Of a stretch of DNA of 64,000 bases, positions 9,865 to 20,377 are shown piece by piece. A program made the translations under genes and the position numbers. Every line of letters begins with the position of its first letter. Position 1 is the stretch's first letter. The stretch lies in assembly GCF_963507905.1 (NCBI RefSeq), contig NZ_CAUOUU010000009.1, positions 25,889-89,888 on the forward strand. The letters are read 5' to 3'. The stretch is from an uncultured Rothia sp. GTDB lineage: Bacteria; Actinomycetota; Actinomycetes; Actinomycetales; Micrococcaceae. Under the pieces are notes generated by a model. The model saw only the letters and a program-made list of their open reading frames with translations. It searched no databases and had not been told where the DNA came from.

Positions 9865-10107
9865 TTAGGCAGCGTTCGCGATGAACTCGACTGCGTCGCC
9901 AACGGTCTTGAGGTTCTGGACCTCTTCGTCCGGGATGGTCACCTCGAACTTCTCCTCAGCGTTCACGACGATGGTCATCATCGAGATGGAGTCGATGTCC
10001 AGGTCCTCGGTGAAGGACTTGTCCAGCTGAACGTCCTCAACCTCAACGCCGGTCTCTTCGTTAACGATTTCTGCCAGACCTGCGAGGATCTCTTCCTTGT
10101 TAGCCAT
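9865..10107 (-). CDS. acpP: Acyl carrier protein
   Basis: DLDIDSISMM phosphopantetheine motif; acidic 80-aa protein in fab operon. Confidence 0.96.
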   Translation of the reverse strand: MANKEEILAGLAEIVNEETGVEVEDVQLDKSFTEDLDIDSISMMTIVVNAEEKFEVTIPDEEVQNLKTVGDAVEFIANAA

Positions 10108-10311
10108 TCAGGGGCTCCTTTGTTTTTTCGATGGTCATCGCACCCGCCGGGTGGGGGTACGCGTGCATTACCGAGTTTATCGTGTCTGCGTGGTGTACGC
10201 ATGCGTCAACTCGGAGTTTGTGGGGATGCTTTTCCGCTTTATTTTCTTTCTCGTGCACCGGCGCGGTGCCGGTCGTGAGGGGCGGTAAGCATCGGGCTCC
10301 GGTGGTTTTCC

Positions 10312-11337
10312 TTAGGGAAGGACGACTACCTGAGCTGCGAATGCCAGGCCGGCACCGAAGCCGATCTGCAGGGCGAACTTGCCGGAGAGTTCCGGGTTCT
10401 CCTTGAGCAGGCGGTGTGCGGCGAGGGGGACCGATGCGGCGGAGGTGTTACCGGCATCGACGATGTCGCGTGCCACTGCCACCGTGTCGGGAAGCTTGAG
10501 GGTCTTGACCATCTGGTCAATGATGCGGGCGTTTGCCTGGTGCGGGATGAGCGCGCCGAGCTCGTCGGGGGTGATGCCGGCGGTTTCGAGTGCTTGCTTG
10601 GCGACCTTCGCCATTTCCCATACTGCCCAGCGGAAGACGGAGGGGCCGTCCTGGCGCAGGGTGGGCCAGATCTTTTCACCTTCCTGCACAGGGTTTGCGA
10701 CGAAGTCGCGGTTGCGGATATCCAGCAGGGAGCGGTCCATACCGACGGTGCCCCAGCGGGAGCCGTCCGAACCCCATACGGTGGGGGCGATGCCGGGTTC
10801 GTCGGAGGCGCCTACGACTGCTGCGCCTGCGCCGTCGCCGAGCAGGAAGGAGATGGTACGTTCGGTGTTGTCGATGAAGTCGGAGAGCTTCTCAACGCCG
10901 ATGACCAGCACGTGCTTTGCGGTGCCTGCGCGGACGAGGGCGTCTGCCTGGGCGATGCCGTAGCAGAAGCCTGCACACGCTGCGGAGATGTCGTATGCGG
11001 GGCACTTGGAGCCGATTGCGTCGGCGACCAGGGTTGCCAGGGAGGGGGTTGCGTAAGGGTGCGAGATGGTCGAGATGATGACCGCCTCAATGTCCTCACC
11101 GGCTACACCGGATGTTGCCAGGGCGTCCTTGGCGGCATCGATGGCGAGGTCGGCTACCGACTGGTTTTCGCTGGCGCGGTGGCGGGTTGCGATGCCGGTG
11201 CGCTGCTTGATCCACTCGTCGGAGGAGTCGATTGCCTCAACGATGTCATCGTTGGGGACGATGACATCACCGCGGGCTGCGCCGTAACCGAGGATGCGGG
11301 AGTAGCGGTTGATTTCGTACTGCTTGAGGGTAGTCAC
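10312..11337 (-). CDS. fabH: 3-oxoacyl-ACP synthase III
   Basis: DISAACAGF, GDGAGA, PHQANARI, GNTSAASVP, GFGAGL; GTG start at 11337 with AAGGA RBS. Confidence 0.95.
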   Translation of the reverse strand: MTTLKQYEINRYSRILGYGAARGDVIVPNDDIVEAIDSSDEWIKQRTGIATRHRASENQSVADLAIDAAKDALATSGVAGEDIEAVIISTISHPYATPSLATLVADAIGSKCPAYDISAACAGFCYGIAQADALVRAGTAKHVLVIGVEKLSDFIDNTERTISFLLGDGAGAAVVGASDEPGIAPTVWGSDGSRWGTVGMDRSLLDIRNRDFVANPVQEGEKIWPTLRQDGPSVFRWAVWEMAKVAKQALETAGITPDELGALIPHQANARIIDQMVKTLKLPDTVAVARDIVDAGNTSAASVPLAAHRLLKENPELSGKFALQIGFGAGLAFAAQVVVLP

Positions 11338-11452
11338 GTATTCAATCCTTAGTGCTGATGCTCGCAAGACACTGTGTGCCTCGCATGTCTAAAGTGATGT
11401 CTAGTGTGAAGGGTTCCTAGCGTGGGGAGGGCTGAGCGCTCTCCTGCGACGT

Positions 11453-12352
11453 TTAGCCCTTCAGCGAGGCGAGATCCTCGGGAGTGTTGATGGAGGTGCC
11501 GGGCACGCCGCGCATCGCGCGCTTTGCCAGGCCGACCAGGGTGCCTGCGGGGGCGACCTCAATAATGCCGGCGACTTCACGCTCGAGCAGGGTTGCCATG
11601 CACAGGTCCCAGCGGACGGGGCTGGTGACCTGGGAGACGAGGGTCTTGACGAACTCTTCACCGGATGCCACGGCGGAACCGTCGCGGTTGGTCAGCAGTG
11701 CGGAGGTCGGGTCGGATACCTGCAGGGATGCGGCGAACTCTTCCAGGGCGGGCACGGCGGGTGCCATTGCCTCGGTGTGGAATGCGCCTGCGACCTTCAG
11801 GGGAATGACGCGAGCGCGTGCGGGCGGGTTCGCGGCGAATGCTTCGATGGCGGGGATGGGGCCTGCGGCTACGATCTGGCCGCCGCCGTTGGAGTTTGCT
11901 GCGACCAGGCCTGCTGCGTCGATGGCTTCGCGGACGTTTTCTTCAACGCCGCCGAGTACTGCAGCCATGCCGGTCGGGGAGGCGGCTGCCGCCTCCGCCA
12001 TACCGTTGGCGCGTACGCGCACGAAACGCATTGCGTCTTCGTCGCTGAGCACACCGGCGAGGGCTGCCGCGGTGATTTCGCCGACGGAGTGACCCGCGAA
12101 GATGAGCTCTTCACCCTCAAGTTCACGCAGTGCGAGGCGACCGGTGACGATGCCTGCAGCCACGATGAGGGGCTGGGCGATTGCGGTGTCCTTGATGGTT
12201 TCTTCTTCGGCTTCGGTGCCGTAGTGAATCAGGTCGATGCCTGCCGCTTCGGAGAGTCGTTCCAGGTGCTCACGCACACCTTCAATCTCGAGCCAGGGGC
12301 TCAGGAAGCCCTTCTTCTGGGAGCCCTGTCCGGGGCAAACGAGTGCGCGCAT
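11453..12352 (-). CDS. fabD: Malonyl-CoA:ACP transacylase
   Basis: PGQGSQ, GHSVGE, VAGAFHT motifs. Confidence 0.95.
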   Translation of the reverse strand: MRALVCPGQGSQKKGFLSPWLEIEGVREHLERLSEAAGIDLIHYGTEAEEETIKDTAIAQPLIVAAGIVTGRLALRELEGEELIFAGHSVGEITAAALAGVLSDEDAMRFVRVRANGMAEAAAASPTGMAAVLGGVEENVREAIDAAGLVAANSNGGGQIVAAGPIPAIEAFAANPPARARVIPLKVAGAFHTEAMAPAVPALEEFAASLQVSDPTSALLTNRDGSAVASGEEFVKTLVSQVTSPVRWDLCMATLLEREVAGIIEVAPAGTLVGLAKRAMRGVPGTSINTPEDLASLKG

Positions 12353-12603
12353 GCGGTGCGACCTTTCTGGTTTTTAGTACTCGTACGCGGTGCCTCCGCA
12401 GAGACGGAGACCACGGTTAGTCTGTTACCTATGCTACCTTGTTCAGCCGCTTTGCATAAACATCGCAGTGCAAGAATTTTGGGGTGCACCGGGAGCTCAG
12501 ACAGTGGTTGAACAGTGTATAGCTTAGATTGAATTCACCCATTCGCACAACCCGAACGGGCAAGGTTCAAATAGAGAGACAGCTAACTTTCGGGTTGCCA
12601 CCC

Positions 12604-13725
12604 CTAGGCTCGTGGATGCGCCCGCGCGTACGTCTCCGCCAGACGCTTCATCGACACGTGCGTGTAAATCTGCGTGGTCGCCAACGATGAATGACCCAAC
12701 AGCTCCTGCACCGAACGGATATCGGCGCCACCATCGACCAGGTGAGTCGCCGCCGAATGACGCAAAACGTGCGCACCCGACGCCTGAGTGTTCTCCACCG
12801 TGCGCAGCAGACGGGTCAGGTCCTCACGAATCTGACGGGCATTTGCACGCCCACCCCGAGGGCCAATAAACAGCGCCGTCACACCCTGAGCGCCCTCCGG
12901 AATCCACTGCGGACGACCATACGACACCCAACGATTCAATGCCTTGAGCGCCGGGGTACCCAGCGGCACCACGCGCTCCTTATTGCCCTTACCCAGCACG
13001 CGCACCGTCTTATTTGCACGGTCCACGCTCTGCAAATCCAGGCCGGTCAGCTCAGAAATACGCATGCCCGAGGCGTACAGCACCTCAACCACGGCTTCCA
13101 GACGTAGCAGGCGCGCATCACGAGGATCCTGCGCCCGACGCTCCTGCAGGGTGGTTAGTAGCTGGTTCATCTGCTCACGGCTCAGCACCGGCGGCAGGTG
13201 ATTCTCACGCTTGGGGGTGCGCATACCGCGCGTGGGGTTGGCGTGCACCAGTTCCTCCTCCTGAGCCCAGGTGAAGAACGTGCGCAGGGTCGAGCCGCGG
13301 CGCGCCACCGTAGAACGAGCCGCCTGCCGCAAATGCAACGAACCCAACCACTCACGAATCAGGGATGCATCAATGCTGTCCAGGTGCCGCACACCGCGGC
13401 GCGCCATGTAGCCGAAGAAGCCCTCCAAATCCGAAATATAGGAGCGAATCGTCTCTTCGGAACGGTGCTTCTCATAGCGTAGAAAACGCTCAAAACGGTC
13501 CAGGACGGGGCGGAACACCTCGCCGGAAACGCCCAGTGCAGAATCGGGTAGAGCCGAGCCGGGCAGGGCAGGTTCTGGACCCTCAGTGTGGGTTCCGGGA
13601 TGATTAGCGGCGAGGCTGCGGGTATAGGTCACCGGCAGGGTCGCGGAGGGAGCCTCATCTCGGTATTCTTCCCGGTTCTCGTTCCTGTTTTCAGCTCGGT
13701 TTTCGTGCTGGCGGGCGGGGGTCAT
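12604..13725 (-). CDS. xerC: Tyrosine recombinase XerC
   Basis: LYASGMRISEL, GKGNKER, HVLRHSAATHL, LLGHSSLATTQIYTH; lies downstream of dprA as in other Actinobacteria. Start may be downstream of 13725. Confidence 0.9.
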   Translation of the reverse strand: MTPARQHENRAENRNENREEYRDEAPSATLPVTYTRSLAANHPGTHTEGPEPALPGSALPDSALGVSGEVFRPVLDRFERFLRYEKHRSEETIRSYISDLEGFFGYMARRGVRHLDSIDASLIREWLGSLHLRQAARSTVARRGSTLRTFFTWAQEEELVHANPTRGMRTPKRENHLPPVLSREQMNQLLTTLQERRAQDPRDARLLRLEAVVEVLYASGMRISELTGLDLQSVDRANKTVRVLGKGNKERVVPLGTPALKALNRWVSYGRPQWIPEGAQGVTALFIGPRGGRANARQIREDLTRLLRTVENTQASGAHVLRHSAATHLVDGGADIRSVQELLGHSSLATTQIYTHVSMKRLAETYARAHPRA

Positions 13726-13983
13726 GCGTCCCTCCTTTCGTAGTTCCGGTTCCTGACTCTAGCGGCGTTGATGCTTCTCGACAGTGTATTTCTGTCCCCG
13801 GCTGTATTTCGATCCCTGGCGCATCTGCCGTTAGGACGGCGGGGTAGGCTCCGCGCCAGTACGCGCGAGCCTACCCCAATTGTAGAGAGGTTCTACGCTC
13901 TCTACGCACCGCCCCGTCATGACCTGCCGTCCCATCATGACTGACCCTCACATCCCGCTATAGCGGGGTGCTCAGTGGCTCTC

Positions 13984-15729
13984 CTACGCTGCGGCAGCCG
14001 GGCGGACCTTCCTCCAGCTCGTTCCGCTACTCTCCGCCAGACCGCAGCGCCCCAGGTGGAACAGGTCAGCCATCACGTCACGAGCGCTCAACCCGAGGGC
14101 TGCGGCAATCTCGTCCACGCCGCGGTAGGAGCGCGGGCTCAGGTCGTCCCAGACCCTACCCTGTCGTTCGGTCAGCTCATCCAGCGCGCTGGAGGTGGCT
14201 GCCCGGTCCCATTCGCTCTCGTGCTCGGTGCCCAGCTCAAAACCCGCGGCGGCATCATACTCGAGAATATCGGCGGCCTCGGTGAGTGTTTGCGCTAGTC
14301 CATCGCGTAGCAGGCGGTTCGTACCCACCGAGTTCGGCGAGTTAATCTGCCCCGGAACCGCCCAAAGAGTACGCCCAATCTCCATCGCGTGACGAGCCGT
14401 GTTCAGCGCACCGGAACGCCAGCGCGCCTCCACCACAATGGTGTGCCGCGCCAACGCCGCAATCAGCCGGTTACGCTCCAGAAAACGCCACCGCGTGGGG
14501 GTGTTGCCCACGCTCACCTCGCTCATAATGAGCCCACGGTCAACAATCATGTTCAGCGCATCCGAGTTCTGCGCCGGGTACAGCCGATCCAGCCCACCCG
14601 CCATGAAGGCGATGGTCGGCAGGCCGCTGCCCTGCTGGGTCAGCGCCGCCCGATGCGCCGCAATATCAATGCCCATCGCGCCACCAGAAATCACCGTGTA
14701 CCCGCGGCGCGCCAGTTCGGCGGCAAGGTGGGTCGTCGCCTCCGTACCGTAAATGCTCGGGTCGCGCGAACCGACCAGCGCCACGCTCGGGGCAGAGGCC
14801 ACATCCAGCAGGTGCCGCGAATCGCCTCGGCACCACAGCCCGTACGGTCGGGCGGGCCCCAAATCGTTCAGCTGCGGCGGCCACAGCGGATCGGCGGGAG
14901 TGACCAGCCACGCCCCGCAGGTTGCCGCCATGTGCGCCTCCGCGTTCAGGGTGCGTTCCATGCGGCGGTTCCAGCGCAGGCGGCGAGTCGCGAGCGCCTT
15001 GCCGAACTTATCGCGGCTCATCTGATGCTCACCCGGCGTGTAATAGCCATTCGCGCTGAAAAACAGGGTGGACTCCCCCTCGGCGGGCGCACCCACCGAG
15101 TGCAGAAATTCGCTGAGCTGCTCATCCGGTTCGCCGTGCTCCCAGGTGTGCGCATCGGGGATGTGCCCGGTCAGCAGGTAGTGCAGGGTCAGCGGCGCGC
15201 CCAGGGTGGCGAGGGATTCGACCACGAGCTCATCGGCGGGTTCGGCGTAACGCATCAGCTGAGCGGTACAGCAGCGGATGTACTCGCGGCACGCCGCCTC
15301 AAGCTCCTCCGCGCTGAGGGCGGGATTGAAGAGCGGTGCGGTAGCTACGGGGGTGGTTGCGTCTGCGGTATCAGCAGATTTTTTGGCTACTAATTCAGCA
15401 TCCTCTTGGTTTGCAGACTCCGGTGCCTCATCCAGGTACACCGGATTCAGACAGGAGGCGAGGAACCCCGGCAACCGCGCCGCGTTATACGGGCTCGGCG
15501 AGGGTTCCTGCCCCAGCGACAGAATATGCGCCACCCTCTCACGCACCAGGGCGTGCGCATCCAGGGTGTGACCGGGTAGGCGGATCTGCAGTTCCTCCTG
15601 CACAAAATCCTGCGGCACATCTTCGGGCACATGCTCTTCAGGCACACGCTCTTCCGGCGCTGTTTCTCTCAGCCCAATGTCTTTCAATTCGGCCTCTTCA
15701 GCTCGTTTTCTCAGTTTCTTCTCACTCAT
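13984..15729 (-). CDS. dprA: DNA-processing protein DprA with long N-terminal extension
   Basis: ALVGSR, ISGGAMGID, RFLERNRLIAAL, EARWRSGALNTA, VPG; ATG at 15729 with GGAG RBS. Confidence 0.9.
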   Translation of the reverse strand: MSEKKLRKRAEEAELKDIGLRETAPEERVPEEHVPEDVPQDFVQEELQIRLPGHTLDAHALVRERVAHILSLGQEPSPSPYNAARLPGFLASCLNPVYLDEAPESANQEDAELVAKKSADTADATTPVATAPLFNPALSAEELEAACREYIRCCTAQLMRYAEPADELVVESLATLGAPLTLHYLLTGHIPDAHTWEHGEPDEQLSEFLHSVGAPAEGESTLFFSANGYYTPGEHQMSRDKFGKALATRRLRWNRRMERTLNAEAHMAATCGAWLVTPADPLWPPQLNDLGPARPYGLWCRGDSRHLLDVASAPSVALVGSRDPSIYGTEATTHLAAELARRGYTVISGGAMGIDIAAHRAALTQQGSGLPTIAFMAGGLDRLYPAQNSDALNMIVDRGLIMSEVSVGNTPTRWRFLERNRLIAALARHTIVVEARWRSGALNTARHAMEIGRTLWAVPGQINSPNSVGTNRLLRDGLAQTLTEAADILEYDAAAGFELGTEHESEWDRAATSSALDELTERQGRVWDDLSPRSYRGVDEIAAALGLSARDVMADLFHLGRCGLAESSGTSWRKVRPAAAA

Positions 15730-15806
15730 GATTTTCTCCTCTCGTGAGTGACTCAATCTCGTGAACACTTCTTCGCTAACGCCTCGGCGATCAAAGCGTC
15801 AGCACG

Positions 15807-17345
15807 CTATTTCAGCTGCCCCTGCTGCCTCAAAAAGAGCGCCACGTCCAGGTGTTCCCGGCTCGGGTAGGCGGCGCCCTCCAAATCGGCGAGGGTCCAG
15901 GCGATACGCAGCACCCGGTCGTAGCCGCGAGCCGTCAGCGTTCCGCGGTCCACGGCGGCGTTCAGTTCGCCGGTGAGCTTCGCATCCAGACGCAGCGGGC
16001 CGCGCAAAATCTTGCCGTTCATCTCCGCATTCGTCTTCAACCCGTACGGCTCCAGACGCTCCCGCTGAGCCTCCCGCGCCGCCATGACGCGCTCGCGAAT
16101 CTGCGCCGAACTCTCATTCACCTGACCGCCCGCAAGCTCCGTGGAAGACACCTTCGGAACCGTCACATTCACGTCAATGCGGTCCACCAGCGGGCCTGAC
16201 AGCCGCCCAAAATAGGCGCGACGCTCACGCGGGGCACACGTGCACTCCGTACCGGTGCCAACGTTCATGCCGCAGGGGCACGGGTTCGCCGCCAGAATCA
16301 GCTGAAAACGCGCCGGATACGTCGCCGACGCGCTCGAACGATCCAGGGTCACGGTCCCCGACTCCAGGGGCTGACGGAGCGAATCGAGCACCGTACGTTT
16401 GAACTCCGGCGCCTCGTCCAGAAAAAGCACGCCGCGGTGCGCTTTAGACACGCAGCCCGGGCGGGGAATACCGCTGCCGCCGCCCAGAATCGCCGGCGCG
16501 GAGGCACTATGATGCGGCGCCTCAAACGGCGGCTGACGCACCAGCTCGCTCAGGTGCTCCCCCGCCGAGCAGAGGGAACGAATCGCGGTCACCTCCATCG
16601 CGGCATCGTTGTCGAGGGTCGGCAGGATGCTCGGCAGGCGCTCCGCCAGCATGGTTTTACCCGAACCGGGAGGTCCCGTCAGCAGCATGTGGTGACCACC
16701 CGCGGCGGCAATCTCCAGGGCGAAACGACCCTGCGACTGACCGGCAACATCGCTCATGTCCGAGGGAATTTCAGCCGGTTTCGCTACCGGTGCGCTCGCC
16801 TCCGTCTGCGGGGCGGGCGGGTAGGTCAGCTTCTGACTCTCCGCGCCGAGAGCGGCAAAAACCTCAGCCAGGCAGCGGAAACCGCTCACCTGCGCGCCGG
16901 GGATGAGCGCCGCCTCCTCAGCATTTTCGGCGGGCACAATCACGCGGTGGTGTCCAGCATCCACGGCGGCTTTGACCGCCGGCAGGATGCCCGGCACGGG
17001 GCGTAGCGTTCCGTCCAGACCCAGCTCACCCAGGAAGACGCTATCGCCGCTGGGGTGCAGTTTCTTCTCCGCCTGCAGCGCCGCAACCACAATGGCTAGA
17101 TCGAACGCCGAGCCGCGTTTGGGTAGGGTTGCCGGGGTCAGGTTCACGGTGAGCCGGTGCTGAGTGAGGGTAATACCGGTGTTCTTCGCCGCGGAGCGCA
17201 CACGCTCTTTCGACTCGTTAAGGGCGGTGTCCGGCAGGCCCAGCAGCACGAAGCCGGGCAGGCCCTGCGAAATGTCTGCCTCGACGTCAACGATGTGCCC
17301 GCGCAAGCCCACGAGCGCAACGGAATAGGTGCGTGCGAATCCCAT
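15807..17345 (-). CDS. comM: YifB/ComM AAA+ helicase (Mg-chelatase-like)
   Basis: VNLTPATLPKRGSAFDL, GPPGSGKT, APHHSAS, LFLDEAPEF, ANPCPCG; start overlaps the yraN stop. Confidence 0.92.
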   Translation of the reverse strand: MGFARTYSVALVGLRGHIVDVEADISQGLPGFVLLGLPDTALNESKERVRSAAKNTGITLTQHRLTVNLTPATLPKRGSAFDLAIVVAALQAEKKLHPSGDSVFLGELGLDGTLRPVPGILPAVKAAVDAGHHRVIVPAENAEEAALIPGAQVSGFRCLAEVFAALGAESQKLTYPPAPQTEASAPVAKPAEIPSDMSDVAGQSQGRFALEIAAAGGHHMLLTGPPGSGKTMLAERLPSILPTLDNDAAMEVTAIRSLCSAGEHLSELVRQPPFEAPHHSASAPAILGGGSGIPRPGCVSKAHRGVLFLDEAPEFKRTVLDSLRQPLESGTVTLDRSSASATYPARFQLILAANPCPCGMNVGTGTECTCAPRERRAYFGRLSGPLVDRIDVNVTVPKVSSTELAGGQVNESSAQIRERVMAAREAQRERLEPYGLKTNAEMNGKILRGPLRLDAKLTGELNAAVDRGTLTARGYDRVLRIAWTLADLEGAAYPSREHLDVALFLRQQGQLK

Positions 17346-17815
17346 TACGCCACCGCCTTCAGATGCTCGAAGGTGAAGGTTTCGCAGGTCCCGGTCACCG
17401 CAATGGCGTCGATGCGAAAGCGCGGAAAATCCAGGTTCTCGCACAGCCTGCACCACAGAATCGCCAGCGAGCGCGTGCGGCGCGCCTTATCGCGGTCAAT
17501 GGACGCAAACGGGTGCCCAAAGTCTTCGCTACTGCGGGTCTTGACCTCAACGAAAACCAGTTCGTCCTCGGGGTCGATAGCAATCAGGTCGAGCTCGCCG
17601 CGGATCTGCTCGTGTTCCAGTCCGGCGGGCGGCCGCCAGTTCCTCTCCAGGATGCGGTAGCCGTTCGCCTCCAAGATGCGGGCGGTCAGCTCCTCACCCC
17701 AACGACCGACGCTGTGGGCGCGGGGCTGGGTTCGCTGAGGCTGAGCGCTCTGAATCAGGGTTCTGCGGGGTGCGCTTCGGGTTGCGGCGCGGGCTGTTAT
17801 TCGGGCTGTTGTCAT
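17345..17815 (-). CDS. yraN: YraN family PD-(D/E)xK nuclease (UPF0102)
   Basis: GRWGEE, ILERNWR, GELDLIA, LVFVEVKTR, RFRID. Confidence 0.92.
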   Translation of the reverse strand: MTTARITARAATRSAPRRTLIQSAQPQRTQPRAHSVGRWGEELTARILEANGYRILERNWRPPAGLEHEQIRGELDLIAIDPEDELVFVEVKTRSSEDFGHPFASIDRDKARRTRSLAILWCRLCENLDFPRFRIDAIAVTGTCETFTFEHLKAVA

Positions 17816-17893
17816 GGGTCTCTCCCCCGGTAGATAGCGGTAGTGCTTCTACTGTGCCCGCCGCGCGCGTGCCCGAACGCGGTTAACGAAAAA

Positions 17894-17939
17894 CTGTGGA
17901 TAACCTCGGCTCCTAGAAGGAATTAGAGGTTATCCACAG
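17894..17939. promoter_or_regulatory. Inverted pair of 14-bp boxes containing a perfect DnaA-box 9-mer
   Basis: CTGTGGATAACCTC-N18-GAGGTTATCCACAG upstream of yraN-comM-dprA. Confidence 0.6.
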
Positions 17940-18122
17940 CCATTTATTTGAAATTTTGGGGCATATTTTTTAAAAACGCCGCTCGGGTGCCGATTCGACG
18001 CGTCATATTCGCGCGGTTTCATAACGCAGCTTCATCACGCGGTTTCAACACCCAGCTCTGCCGCCCGGCACCGGCGCGCCTACCCGTGCTTACCCCCGGC
18101 AAGGCGGTAAATCAGGCGTGAG

Positions 18123-18449
18123 CTAGGCGTTAAAGTCCGGCATTTCCGGCACGGTGAACTCCTGGTTGGGCAGGCGCTCCTCCACGTTCACGTCACGCAC
18201 CGAGTAGGCGTGCACCTTCTTCACAAAGCGGTTGGAGCGGAATACATCCCACACCCACACGTCGCTCATGCTCACCTCAAAGTAGAGGGTGCCGTCCTGC
18301 ACGTGCGGGGTGACGTCCACCTGGTTCGCCAGGTAGAAGCGTCGGTCGGTTTCTACCGCGTAGCTAAAGAGTGACATGACGTCTTTGTATTCGCGGTAGA
18401 GCGCCATTTGGGCGTCGGTCTCGTAGTTTTCGAGGTCTTCTGCGCTCAC
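18123..18449 (-). CDS. DUF2469 family protein
   Basis: MSAEDLENYE...LYREYKDV...VETDRRFYLAN...WVWD, typical of the actinobacterial gene between rnhB and yraN. Confidence 0.9.
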   Translation of the reverse strand: MSAEDLENYETDAQMALYREYKDVMSLFSYAVETDRRFYLANQVDVTPHVQDGTLYFEVSMSDVWVWDVFRSNRFVKKVHAYSVRDVNVEERLPNQEFTVPEMPDFNA

Positions 18450-18577
18450 TACTCTTCCTTTCCTGGGCTTTTGTAGTACTGATTCAGCGGTGGCACGTTA
18501 GGCTTTCGCAGGCTTCCGAGGCGCGGTTTTCAGGAACACCACGCGCCCTAGCCGCGCTGTGCCGCGGCGGCCTCAAT

Positions 18578-19378
18578 CTACTCGGCGGTCGCCGGAAGCG
18601 ACCATGAGAGTCGATGCTGCGGGCTGGGGCCCTGCACGCTAATCGCCTCGCGGTGAGCGGCGGATCCGTAGCCCTTATTCTTTGCCCAGCCGTACCCCGG
18701 GTAGTGGGTATCCAGCTGAACCATCAGCTCGTCACGTTCCACCTTCGCAACCACCGATGCGGCGGCGATGGAGGCGCACTTGTAGTCACCCTTGATGACC
18801 ATGGTCACCGGCATCTGCGCGGGCTCACCTGCACCGCCCTCACCTGCGCCTTCCCACGCCTGGGCGAGCAGCGCGTTGTAGTGTGCCTGCGCCGGATCCG
18901 GTGCCAGCGCGCTGAACAGGTCCTCCTGCGGAGGGGTGAACCAGTCGTGCTTACCGTCCAGCAGGGCGGCGTCGGCACGGTATCCGCGGCGCGCCAGCTC
19001 GGCGAGCGCACGCTGGGCGGCAAGCCTCAGCGAGAGGGTCATGCCGAGCCGGTCAATATCTGCCGGTTCCACGTGCCCGACCGCCACGGCGCACCACTGG
19101 CGGATTTCGGGAACCATGGATTCGCGGCGTGCCGGTGAGAGCGCCTTGGAGTCGATCAGCCCGCCCACATCGAGGGTGGCGTCCGGGGTGAGGATTGCGA
19201 CGCCCACGGTGACCGGGCCCGCCATGGAGCCGCGGCCCACCTCGTCAATTCCGGCAACCGTGCGGGCGCCGGAGGCGAAGAGCTGCTGCTCGTACTCGAG
19301 GTCGGCGGCGGGCGGGGTTGCTTTCGCAGGCTTAGCTTGTGCGGGTTTCGTTGCGTTCTTCTGGGCGCTCACCATCAT
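18578..19378 (-). CDS. rnhB: Ribonuclease HII
   Basis: AGIDEVGRGSMAGPV, DSKAL, LLDG, KGD..SIAAASVVAKVERD, NKGYG; start approximate. Confidence 0.93.
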   Translation of the reverse strand: MMVSAQKNATKPAQAKPAKATPPAADLEYEQQLFASGARTVAGIDEVGRGSMAGPVTVGVAILTPDATLDVGGLIDSKALSPARRESMVPEIRQWCAVAVGHVEPADIDRLGMTLSLRLAAQRALAELARRGYRADAALLDGKHDWFTPPQEDLFSALAPDPAQAHYNALLAQAWEGAGEGGAGEPAQMPVTMVIKGDYKCASIAAASVVAKVERDELMVQLDTHYPGYGWAKNKGYGSAAHREAISVQGPSPQHRLSWSLPATAE

Positions 19379-19390
19379 TCCCAAGCTCGC

Positions 19391-20377
19391 TTACTTAGAG
19401 GGGGTGGAGGTCGGCTCGGGAATCGAGGAGAACACCGAGCTCTGATCCTGCAGCAGACCGAAGTGGTTCAGCGGCCACGCCACCACGAACACGTTACCCT
19501 GCACGTCGTCCTTGGAGATGAACGCGGTGCCGTCGCTAATGTGGTAGCGGGAGTCGGCGGAGTTGCTGCGGTGGTCACCCATCACGAAGTACTTGCCGGC
19601 GGGCACGGTCACCTTGAAGGGGACCTCCGAGGGCGGGTTGCCGGGGTACAGGTACGGTTCGGTGATTTCTACACCGTTGACCTTGATCTTGCCGGTGCCG
19701 TCGCTCTCGACCACGTCACCGGGGGTGCCGATAACGCGCTTGACCAGGAAGTTCGAGGAGGTATCCGGCAGAATACCCGCGAAGGACAGGGCGTCCTTGA
19801 GCGGGCTACTGGTCTTCTGGGTGGAGGGAATCCAGCCCTGAGAGTCCTTGAAGACGATCACGTCGCCGCGCTTGGGCTCGCTAAAGTAGGAGCCCGCCAC
19901 GTTAATGAACACGCGGTCGTTGACCTGCAGGGTCTGCTCCATGGAGCCGGAGGGAATGTAGAAGCCTCGCAGCAGGAAGGTCTTGACCAGGAATGCGATG
20001 ACCAGCGCGTAGAGGATGACGGTGCCGCCCTCGCGTGCCTGCACCCAGAACCATTCGCCGAGGCGGCCTTCTTCCTGTGCCTGGGAGTAGGTCAGCTCTG
20101 CCTGTTCGGCGCGCTTTGCCTTGCGGCGTTCCTTGGGGGTCATTTCGGAGAAGTCTTTGGTGGTTTCCACGTCTGCGGCAGTCTCCTCATCGGCGGTTTC
20201 TTCGCGCTCGGTATTCTTCGCTGCGGCACTCTGCTCGGCAGCAGCCTTCTCAGCTGCTGCCTTTTCGGCGGCGAGGCGCGCGAAGTATTCTTCCATTTCC
20301 CGGCGCTCGCGGCGGCTTTGAGGCTGGTATCCCTCAGGGAAGGGGCTGGTGTTCGCAGTGTTCTTGTCGTCTGCCAT
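19391..20377 (-). CDS. lepB: Signal peptidase I
   Basis: IPSGSMEQTL, VKRVIGTPGD, FVMGDHRSNSADSR; TM segment before the catalytic Ser. Confidence 0.94.
   Translation of the reverse strand: MADDKNTANTSPFPEGYQPQSRRERREMEEYFARLAAEKAAAEKAAAEQSAAAKNTEREETADEETAADVETTKDFSEMTPKERRKAKRAEQAELTYSQAQEEGRLGEWFWVQAREGGTVILYALVIAFLVKTFLLRGFYIPSGSMEQTLQVNDRVFINVAGSYFSEPKRGDVIVFKDSQGWIPSTQKTSSPLKDALSFAGILPDTSSNFLVKRVIGTPGDVVESDGTGKIKVNGVEITEPYLYPGNPPSEVPFKVTVPAGKYFVMGDHRSNSADSRYHISDGTAFISKDDVQGNVFVVAWPLNHFGLLQDQSSVFSSIPEPTSTPSK

Noticed and set aside
12604..13725. Tyrosine recombinase as a phage integrase or invertase
   Set aside because: Sequence and dprA-adjacent position fit chromosomal XerC; no att sites or invertible repeats seen.
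17894..17939. DnaA boxes as oriC
   Set aside because: Only two boxes and no dnaA/dnaN nearby.
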